Origin: Candidatus Eiseniibacteriota bacterium
GTDB lineage: Bacteria; Eisenbacteria; RBG-16-71-46
Direction: 5' to 3'
DNA: 12,734 nt
NCBI GenBank assembly: GCA_031366795.1
Contig: JANLOX010000320.1
Span: forward strand, 1 to 12,734
Below, piece after piece: positions 5,318 to 11,801 of this stretch. A model generated the notes under the pieces. It worked only from the letters and a program-made list of their open reading frames with translations. It was not told the DNA's origin and searched no databases. The stretch's first letter is position 1. Every line of letters begins with the position of its first letter. The position numbers and the translations under genes are program-made.

Positions 5318-8143
5318 TCAATCCAACAGTGCGATGCGCGTCGTCGCGAGCCGTGCACCTTGCGTGAGCCGCGCGAACACGATTCCCGCGCGGTGCGTGA
5401 TCGCAGTGGAGGGCCGCACGACGTGCCGCCCGGCACCCAGTGCGCCCAGGTCCTGCGACTCGATCAGGCGCCCCGAGACATCGATCAGCTCCAGCCGCGC
5501 AGGCGACGCCTCGGGCAGCGTGATCGCGAAGGCGAGCCGCGAGGCGGTCACGGGATTTGCGCTCATCGCCTGGATCGCTAGCGTGAGTTGAGCGCCCGGC
5601 ATGACCACCGCGATCTCGGGCGAGTAGTACGTCGCGCCCTGAACGCTGCCGTGCGTGCGATACCGGTAGGAGACACCGGAGAGCAGTCCCGTGTCTTCGA
5701 ACGCGACCCAGCCGCTGGCGTCTGCATCGACGCTGCTGCGATCGAGCCAGTCTTCGCCCGGGGCTCTGCGCTGCAACGTCCAACTGCTGCCGGGAAGCGT
5801 CGCCGCCAGCCAGCCCAACCTGACGATGCCGTCCGCAATCTCGAGGGACTGGAGGCTCATAAGTGTGCCCGTGGGCTGGTCGATCGAGACGACGGCAAAG
5901 CGGCTCGCATTGCCGTGGATATCGACCGCGCTGAGCTTGTACACGCTGCCCGTGGAGCCTGAGTGATCGAAGTAGCCGGTGTCGGGGCGTGTCGCGATCA
6001 GGTTCGATGCCGCAGGCGTGAATGCCGGATCACTGCCGCGATAGATACGGTAGACCGCGAAGTCCGCATCGCCGCTCGCGCGCCAGTGCAATGCCACGCC
6101 GCCCGCGCGGGGCACGGCGAGCAACTGCGTGGGGAGGGCCGGGGCGAGATTGTCGACGGAGTACCCGCTGTCGACATTCGAGAAGTAGAACACCGCTGGG
6201 TTCGCAGTGAGCGCCTGGATCACGAAGGCGGTCCAGGGATTGCCCGCGGCCGTGGAGTCGGTGAGCGTCGCCGCGACGGAGGCATAGCCGGGGAATTGCG
6301 CGGCGGGAATGTCGGCGAGGTTCTCCCAGAATTCGGTCAGCAGTTGCGACGGCGTGGCGTGCGATGCGCGAACCGCGAGACCCAGCGGCGTCGCCGGGCC
6401 ACCCGCACGCGCCGCCTGCAACGGGGCGCGGCGCCACACACGATAGCCCGTGATCGAGCCGTTACTGGCCACGTCGTATTCGCTCGCCTCCCAGCGCAGG
6501 AGGACCCTGGCGCCTTGATCCAGAGCGACGTCACGCACCGGGAGCAGCCGGGGGTGCGGATTCGTTTCGCGCAGGTGGAACGCGAAGTTGCTGACGGAGG
6601 CGCCTGCGGGATTGACGACCGTGACCGGGCCGGTCACCGCACCGAGGTCCACGACGGCATCAATGCGCGTGCTCGAGACCACATTGAACGTCGCTTCGGT
6701 CGCGCCGCCAAGGGAGACGCGCGTGATGCTGCTGAAGTTGGCGCCCTGGATCTGGACCATCTCGCCGGCCCGCGCGGTGTCGGGAGCGATCGCCACAAGG
6801 ATGGGCAGCCCGCCGATAAAGAACGATGTGCTCGTGACATCGCTGTCGTTCGGCGTTTCGACGGTGATCGGGCCCGTGGTGGCGCCATTCGGAACGACGG
6901 CAGTGATCACGGTGGCGCTGACGGGGGTGAAGCTCGCGGCGGTCGAATTGAATTTTACCGACGACACCCCGCCGAAGCCGCTACCCGAGATGGTGATCGC
7001 GTTGCCCTCGGTTCCAAAGGCCGGCGCGACCGAAGTGATATGCGGCACCGCATTCACCGTGCTGAGCTGCATGACCCAGAGGTCATTGCGGAACACCTGG
7101 TCCGCGTCGTCGAACCCGCCGAACACGGCCAACTGCGCCGATGCGGACCGGTAGACTCCTGAGTGGAACCGCCGCGTGGTGGGGACGCCGGACGTGTGCG
7201 GAATCGCGCTCCACTCTGGAGTGGTATTGCCGAGCGAGAGCTGCCACGGTTCGGGATAGTTCGCGTTCGTCGCGAGCCCGCCGTAGAGGACCATCCTGTG
7301 ATCACCCGGATCGTAGATCGAGCAGGCCGACAGCAGTGAGTGCGGTCGCAGGCCTGGCATGGGGAGCAGCGTCCACGTGGGCTGCCTGGTCAGGGATAGT
7401 GTCCACGTATCATTGGTGTTCTCGGGCCAGCCGCCGAACAGGACCATGCGATTTTTGACAGGATCGTAGCTAGCCGTCGATCCCCAGCGGCCACTGGGCA
7501 AGATTCCGGCGGGGTTAAGATTGGCCCATGTGGGCTGGCCCGACAGTGATAGCGCCCACGTGTCCCCAAGATCGGGATACCCGCCGTAGACGATCATGCG
7601 ATCGTTGGCGGCGTCATAGACACTGGCGCTGAACATTCTCGTCGAGGGCGGACTGCCGATAGGAAAGATGCGCTGCCACGCCGTCGGGTTGTCCACCGAG
7701 AGCGCCCACACTTCGTTGGTGAACCCGGACTCGGTTCCGGTGTCCCCGCCGAACACAATCATCCGGCGGCGAATCGGGTCGAATATCGCGGCCAGGTCGC
7801 GACCTGCCGCGGGATGCGCGGTCGGCTGGAGCAGCGTCCAGTGCGGTGTGGGCTGGAAGTCGAGCTGCCAGGTATCGAATACGAACCCGCCGTTGACCGA
7901 GCCGCCGTACACGAAAATGCGATCGTTTCCCGGGTCATAGACGGCGCACTGTTCGCGCCGGGGTGACGGCCACGCTCCGCTAGGAGTGATCTGCGACCAG
8001 TCCCCGATGGCCAGCGGGTGGAACGTGGAGTCCTGCACGGCATTGCCTCTCGAAGCGTCGTGGCTGGACGCCTGTGCCGGCGAATGGACTGTCGCGAGGA
8101 GGCACACCAGCGCGAGGCCGGGGAGGATCGAGGGGCGTAGCAT
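5318..8143 (-). CDS. Secreted Kelch-repeat beta-propeller protein with 2 IPT/TIG domains, FN3-like domains and a T9SS type-A-like C-terminal domain (941 aa)
   Basis: ATG preceded by GGAGG (5-nt spacing). Sec signal peptide MLRPSILPGLALVCLLATVHSPAQA. Six Kelch blades of form 'W....P....P..R.....YDP...RM.(V/L)(F/Y)GG......(D/E).W.L'. Two IPT/TIG units ('P.ITS..P..G..G..ITISGSGF....SV.F...', 'A.TGP(I/V)TV..P') at about 6572-7045. FN3-like 'L.W.......Y.IYRG...Y.D....YK.SAVD..GN.S'. CTD 'NP...LELIDVSGRLI...G(I/V).FARL'. Confidence 0.93.
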   Translation of the reverse strand: MLRPSILPGLALVCLLATVHSPAQASSHDASRGNAVQDSTFHPLAIGDWSQITPSGAWPSPRREQCAVYDPGNDRIFVYGGSVNGGFVFDTWQLDFQPTPHWTLLQPTAHPAAGRDLAAIFDPIRRRMIVFGGDTGTESGFTNEVWALSVDNPTAWQRIFPIGSPPSTRMFSASVYDAANDRMIVYGGYPDLGDTWALSLSGQPTWANLNPAGILPSGRWGSTASYDPVKNRMVLFGGWPENTNDTWTLSLTRQPTWTLLPMPGLRPHSLLSACSIYDPGDHRMVLYGGLATNANYPEPWQLSLGNTTPEWSAIPHTSGVPTTRRFHSGVYRSASAQLAVFGGFDDADQVFRNDLWVMQLSTVNAVPHITSVAPAFGTEGNAITISGSGFGGVSSVKFNSTAASFTPVSATVITAVVPNGATTGPITVETPNDSDVTSTSFFIGGLPILVAIAPDTARAGEMVQIQGANFSSITRVSLGGATEATFNVVSSTRIDAVVDLGAVTGPVTVVNPAGASVSNFAFHLRETNPHPRLLPVRDVALDQGARVLLRWEASEYDVASNGSITGYRVWRRAPLQAARAGGPATPLGLAVRASHATPSQLLTEFWENLADIPAAQFPGYASVAATLTDSTAAGNPWTAFVIQALTANPAVFYFSNVDSGYSVDNLAPALPTQLLAVPRAGGVALHWRASGDADFAVYRIYRGSDPAFTPAASNLIATRPDTGYFDHSGSTGSVYKLSAVDIHGNASRFAVVSIDQPTGTLMSLQSLEIADGIVRLGWLAATLPGSSWTLQRRAPGEDWLDRSSVDADASGWVAFEDTGLLSGVSYRYRTHGSVQGATYYSPEIAVVMPGAQLTLAIQAMSANPVTASRLAFAITLPEASPARLELIDVSGRLIESQDLGALGAGRHVVRPSTAITHRAGIVFARLTQGARLATTRIALLD
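7061..7999 (-). repeat. Six Kelch repeats (6-bladed propeller)
   Basis: Six GG doublets (VYGG, VFGG, VYGG, LFGG, LYGG, VFGG) at ~50-55 aa spacing, each with flanking Trp residues. Confidence 0.9.
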
Positions 8144-8148
8144 GGGGG

Positions 8149-8153
8149 CCTCC
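8149..8153 (-). promoter_or_regulatory. Shine-Dalgarno GGAGG of the Kelch gene
   Basis: The minus strand reads GGAGG-CCCCC-ATG (ATG at 8143). Confidence 0.8.
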
Positions 8154-8154
8154 G

Positions 8155-8252
8155 GAGGGCTGATGCGTTACGGCAAGACGTGGACGCTCACGAAATATCA
8201 TAACTCGTCCGGCCCTGCCGTGCGTCATCGAATCCGGCTCGGATCAGCCCTC
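8155..8252 (-). ncRNA. Candidate structured cis-acting RNA element (multi-stem) directly upstream of the Kelch gene RBS; family not recognised
   Basis: Hand-folded nested helices: 8245-8252/8155-8162 (8 bp), 8240-8244/8232-8236 (5 bp), 8212-8221/8170-8179 (10 bp), 8206-8210/8182-8186 (5 bp), 8198-8203/8188-8193 (6 bp). The four non-Watson-Crick positions in these helices are G-U on the minus strand and A-C on the plus strand. Confidence 0.4.
8197..8202 (-). promoter_or_regulatory. Possible sigma70-type -10 element (TATGAT) for the Kelch gene
   Basis: TATGAT (5/6 match to TATAAT) lies in the only AT-rich patch of the intergenic region, ~55 nt upstream of the ATG. There is no convincing -35. 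Confidence 0.4.
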
Positions 8253-8258
8253 AGCCCG

Positions 8259-8942
8259 TCAGTCCGGCAGGTAGAGCTTCTTCAGGCTGCCCCACAGCTT
8301 GCGGCCCCCCGGCGTGGTCTGCATCGGCCGAGTGTCGCGCGTGCGCTCCCATGCGGCAGGGGGAGCGAGTGAGTAATCCTCCCAGCGCTCGATGAACCAG
8401 CGCGTGGAGTCCGCAGCCAATCCAAGGCCCGGCGGGACCAGGGCGGAATCGCCGCGCACCAGGTAGAACACCTGAGGATCGCTCGCATCGAAGATCGCAT
8501 CGCCAAGGTCCGCGAGGATCCGTCCTCGGGTGGAAATCATGGCGTGGTAGGGGGACGTCTTCCCGGGCCGGTCGTCAGGGGATTCGATGAGTGAATCGAG
8601 CCACGCGACTTCAATGCGACTCGCCGCTGCCACGGTGTGGTTGCCCAAGTGGAACATGTGCGCGGCCAAGATGAGTTCGTCGGCGCGCGTCAACTCTCTG
8701 CCAGGATACTCGTAGAACGACGGGTCGAACGGGTCGAGCCGGAATACGTAGTCCACCGTGAACAGCGCTCGATACGCAGTCGTGTCCCTTGCCTCGCACG
8801 CAAGGCCGAGCGCTTGTACGGCGCCCACTGGCGTCGTCGCAACCGCCGCATGGGCGGGCGGCACCACGGGACGCATCGGTGTTTTCGAGCAGCCTGCGGC
8901 CACGCATGCGAGGAAGAGCGCGGTGACCAACAATCGCTTCAT
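8259..8942 (-). CDS. Lipoprotein of unknown function (NTF2/SnoaL-like core, C-terminal WGxxKxxY motif), 227 aa
   Basis: N-terminus MKR + hydrophobic stretch + lipobox AAG-C18. 'TP...V..L..A...RD..AY..LF..DY.F' and the late 'W.I.RW.D' resemble the opening helices and last strand of an NTF2-like fold (inference). The protein ends KLWGSLKKLYLPD. Confidence 0.85.
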   Translation of the reverse strand: MKRLLVTALFLACVAAGCSKTPMRPVVPPAHAAVATTPVGAVQALGLACEARDTTAYRALFTVDYVFRLDPFDPSFYEYPGRELTRADELILAAHMFHLGNHTVAAASRIEVAWLDSLIESPDDRPGKTSPYHAMISTRGRILADLGDAIFDASDPQVFYLVRGDSALVPPGLGLAADSTRWFIERWEDYSLAPPAAWERTRDTRPMQTTPGGRKLWGSLKKLYLPD

Positions 8943-8949
8943 GCTGCCA

Positions 8950-8955
8950 AGTCTA
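8950..8955 (-). promoter_or_regulatory. Possible -10 element (TAGACT) for a leaderless transcript of the lipoprotein gene
   Basis: The minus strand reads GG-TAGACT-TGGCAGC-ATG: a TAnnnT hexamer exactly 7 nt before the ATG, with no SD. The TAG is also the upstream gene's stop codon. Confidence 0.45.
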
Positions 8956-11169
8956 CCGCAGCACGCTCAACAGGCTCGAATAATCATCCGTCCACAGCCG
9001 TAAGTCCGCCCGCGGCTTCGGCGTGACCCAGCGCGAATCGCTCGCGAGCGAGCCAAAGTCCGCCTCCGATCGCGCGATCACGGCATAGACGGAATTCGCG
9101 ATCCGCAGCGAGTCGGCCATCGCATCGGGCACGTCCATCATGGCGCGGACGCGGCAGGGCAGATGCGCGTCGCTGGCCAGTTCCGCGACGACGGGCACCA
9201 GATCGAAGTAGCGGTTCGAGAGATGGAACACCATCACGCCGCCGGGGTTGAGCTTCTCACGGTACGCGGCGAGCGCCTCCCGTGTCAGCAGGTGCACGGG
9301 GATGGCGTCCGAGGTGTAGGCGTCGAATACCATCAGGTCGAATCGTTCATGCGTCGCGGCGATCGAGCGGCGGGCGTCGCCGAGGATGATGGTGTGCGCG
9401 GCATGGCTGGCGGCGAGGTAGCAGAAGTAGCTCGTGTCGCTGGCGATGCGTTCGACGGCGGGGTCGATCTCGAACATCGTCCATCGCTCGCCTTGGCGCG
9501 CATACGCGGCGAGCGCTCCGGTTCCGAGCCCCGCGATCGCGACGCTGCGTCCGGCGCGCAAGGGTAGCTCGTTGAACACGTCTCCAGCGGGGCCCGTGCG
9601 GTGGTAGTAGCCCAGCGCTTCGTCGCAGCGCTGGGGATGTACCTGCTGCGAGCCGTGCAGTGTCGAGCCGTGGATCAGGTCGTGGAATTTGCCGTCGGGG
9701 GTGAGCATCACGCGATGGACGCCGAAGAAGCTGCGCTCCTGGTGCAGCAGGCGCGAGCGCTGCATCAGGGTGCCGGGATCGGCGAGCAGCACGGCGGCGA
9801 GCGCCAGCCCGAATCGCAGCGGCCGGCCCGCGAGCGCGTAGAGCGGCAGCGCGAGTGCCGAAAACAATAGCGCGATTGCCACGCCGCTCATGGGCAGCTT
9901 GAAGATCGAGCAAGCGGCGTAGAACGCGACGACCACGCCGCCCATCAGCACCGGCACGACGACATCGAGTAGACGTGAGCGATCGTCCAGCTTGAGCGTT
10001 CCGCGCGGCGGCATGGCGAGGCAGGCGAGCACGATGGCGATCGGGTATTCGGCGATCGACTTGAACGCCAGCGGCGCCACGAGCGCGTTGAACACGCCAC
10101 CCAGCGCTCCGCCTACGGCGAGCCACAGGTAGAACTCGGTCAGGTGGCGCGGGGAGGGCCGGTCCTTCGCGAGTTCGCCATGGCACACCATTGCGGCGAT
10201 GAACATCTGCAGCAAGTGCAGCGCGATGATCAAGCGCACGGGCTCGGCGGCGCGCGCTTCCATCACGATCACCAACGCCAGCACCGACATGGGGAGGGCG
10301 CGCACCATCGCCTTGTGCGACAGCGGTGGGCGGCTGGCGAACACGAGGATGAAGCTCAATAGATAGAGCGCGAGTGGCAACACCCACAGCAACGGGATCG
10401 CGGCGACGTCGGTGGTGATGTGCGTGGTGACGCCGATCATCAGGCTCGACGGAATGAAGGCGAGGATCACCCAGCGCCAGCGGCGCGGCATGGTGATGGG
10501 CGCGCGGGCGCTGGGCGAGTGGTCGGCGATGTCGATGACGTAAGGACGCGCCTCGCTCGGCGCCGCCGCCGCCGTGCGGGCCGAGCGCGCGAGCCACACA
10601 CCGCAGCCCGCGATGAGCAGCGCGAGCGCCGCGTAGCCCACGGTCCACAGCGTGCTCTGTTCCGACAGCCGCAGGCGCGGCTCAATCAACAAGGGATAGC
10701 CGAGCAGCCCGAGCATGCTGCCGACGTTGCTCGCGGCGTACAAGAAGTAGGGATCGCGCGCGCCGGTGTGCCCGCTGGCGGCGAACCATTTCTGGATGAG
10801 CGGCCCCGTGGTCGAGACGACGAAAAACTGCAACCCGATTCCCGCTGCGAGCAAGGCGAGCATCCACGCGACGGGACTATGGTCCGTCGGCGGCGACCAG
10901 CCGTGCGGCAGCGCGATCGGCAGGCAGAGGAACGCCGCGACAACGATGCACACGTGCACGATGGCCTGGCGGCGCACGGTGAGCCAACGCGTCAGCAGGT
11001 GCGCGTAGGCGTAACCGGCGAGCAGGGTCATCTGGTAGAACACGAGCGCCGTGTTCCACACCGAGGGCGAGCCACCGAGCATCGGGAGCACCATCCGGGC
11101 GAACATGGGCTGCACGAGGAACAGCAACCCGGCGCTGACAAGCACGGTAATCACATGCAGGGCGAGCAT
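8953..11169 (-). CDS. Fused multi-pass membrane domain / spermidine-synthase-like SAM-dependent transferase ('fused MFS/spermidine synthase' family), ~738 aa
   Basis: Family motifs: 'LLFLVQPM', 'GGSPSVWNT..VFYQ..LLAGYAYAH', 'DPYFLYAASNVGS', 'LWVLPLALYLLSFILVF', 'CHGEL...RP....LTEFYL', 'RSFFGV', 'HGSTLHGSQ', SAM-binding 'GLGTG', 'FEIDP', 'LGDAR', 'DAYTSDAIPVHLLT', 'H.SNRY', 'WTDDYS'. I place the start at ATG 11169 (MLALHV...) because family members usually begin just before the first TM helix. ATG 11187 and TTG 11223 are in-frame alternatives. Confidence 0.92.
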   Translation of the reverse strand: MLALHVITVLVSAGLLFLVQPMFARMVLPMLGGSPSVWNTALVFYQMTLLAGYAYAHLLTRWLTVRRQAIVHVCIVVAAFLCLPIALPHGWSPPTDHSPVAWMLALLAAGIGLQFFVVSTTGPLIQKWFAASGHTGARDPYFLYAASNVGSMLGLLGYPLLIEPRLRLSEQSTLWTVGYAALALLIAGCGVWLARSARTAAAAPSEARPYVIDIADHSPSARAPITMPRRWRWVILAFIPSSLMIGVTTHITTDVAAIPLLWVLPLALYLLSFILVFASRPPLSHKAMVRALPMSVLALVIVMEARAAEPVRLIIALHLLQMFIAAMVCHGELAKDRPSPRHLTEFYLWLAVGGALGGVFNALVAPLAFKSIAEYPIAIVLACLAMPPRGTLKLDDRSRLLDVVVPVLMGGVVVAFYAACSIFKLPMSGVAIALLFSALALPLYALAGRPLRFGLALAAVLLADPGTLMQRSRLLHQERSFFGVHRVMLTPDGKFHDLIHGSTLHGSQQVHPQRCDEALGYYHRTGPAGDVFNELPLRAGRSVAIAGLGTGALAAYARQGERWTMFEIDPAVERIASDTSYFCYLAASHAAHTIILGDARRSIAATHERFDLMVFDAYTSDAIPVHLLTREALAAYREKLNPGGVMVFHLSNRYFDLVPVVAELASDAHLPCRVRAMMDVPDAMADSLRIANSVYAVIARSEADFGSLASDSRWVTPKPRADLRLWTDDYSSLLSVLR

Positions 11170-11226
11170 CTTAGCGTTATCGGCCATATCGGGGCCCGGC
11201 GCAACCCACACCTCCTGGGCCAACCG

Positions 11227-11235
11227 TGGTATACT
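11227..11235 (+). promoter_or_regulatory. Extended -10 promoter (TGgTATACT) for the GNAT gene
   Basis: TG-n-TATACT matches the extended -10 consensus TGnTATAAT at 7 of 8 defined positions. It lies 32 nt upstream of ATG 11268, and an SD-like GGGAG sits at 11255-11259. Confidence 0.7.
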
Positions 11236-11267
11236 CAGCGACTACCACATACGCGGGAGCTCAGCGC

Positions 11268-11801
11268 ATGGCACAGGCACCCATCAATACCGACCGACTC
11301 AAGCTGATCTCGGCTACCCCCGAATTGCTGCGGATGGAGCTTGCCGACCGCAAAAAGTTCGCGACCGCGATCGAATCCGTGATCGCCCCGGGCTGGCCGC
11401 CGGGAGAGTACGACGCCGAGGCCTCGCGCTACTTCATCGACCAGATGACGAAGCACGGTGAGCGTGTTTCGGGCTGGCTGATCTATTACGTGGTCACCGC
11501 ACCCGAACTCGCGAACCCTCGCGAGCTCGTCGCCGCGGTCGGCTACTTCGGGCCACCGGATGCGAACGGTGTCGTGGAGATTGGATTCTCGGTCGTCGAC
11601 ACCTGGCGCGGCCGTGGCGTCGCGACCGAAGGCGTGCGCGCCCTCGTCGACCGAGCGCTGCGTCACAGCAAGGTGCGCCAGATCATAGCGCGCACCACGC
11701 TCGACAACGCCTCGTCGGTCTCGGTGCTCAAGAAGTCGGGATTCCGCGAGACGCCGATCCGCGAGAAGGACCTCGTGAGGTTCGAGTACGCCGGGTGCTA
11801 G
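11268..11801 (+). CDS. GNAT family N-acetyltransferase, RimJ/RimL-like (Acetyltransf_3), 177 aa
   Basis: 'I.TDRLKL', 'GWPP', 'GYFGPPDANGVVEIGFSV', acetyl-CoA motif A 'WRGRGVATEGV', and 'N.SS..VL.KSGF'. I moved the start from GTG 11226 to ATG 11268 because GGGAG lies 8 nt upstream of it and the GTG overlaps the -10 box. Confidence 0.92.
   Translation: MAQAPINTDRLKLISATPELLRMELADRKKFATAIESVIAPGWPPGEYDAEASRYFIDQMTKHGERVSGWLIYYVVTAPELANPRELVAAVGYFGPPDANGVVEIGFSVVDTWRGRGVATEGVRALVDRALRHSKVRQIIARTTLDNASSVSVLKKSGFRETPIREKDLVRFEYAGC

Noticed and set aside
1272..5783. Long antisense ORFs (1272-2486, 2712-4118, 4353-5783, 4612-5436 etc.)
   Set aside because: They are Arg/Ala/Gly-rich shadow frames expected opposite real genes in high-GC DNA. 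They have no recognisable motifs, and the overlapping frames have clear domain structure.
5963..7162. 399-aa and 188-aa plus-strand ORFs opposite the Kelch gene
   Set aside because: Antisense shadows of a well-supported CDS.
8160..8200. Hammerhead ribozyme on the plus strand (CTGATG...CGAAA)
   Set aside because: The core reads CUGAUGC rather than CUGANGA, stem II does not close properly between the core segments, and stems I/III are not evident.
8155..8258. Known riboswitch (TPP, SAM-I, c-di-GMP) in the Kelch leader
   Set aside because: Only isolated short words (CUGAG, CUGAU, GAGGG) match. The ordered conserved cores of these families are missing.
11226..11267. N-terminal extension of the GNAT from GTG 11226
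   Set aside because: It overlaps the extended -10 box. ATG 11268 has an SD and matches the usual family start.
9347..11307. 433-aa minus-strand and 295-aa plus-strand ORFs overlapping the spermidine-synthase-like gene
   Set aside because: Alternative-frame, Arg-rich translations with no protein-like features.
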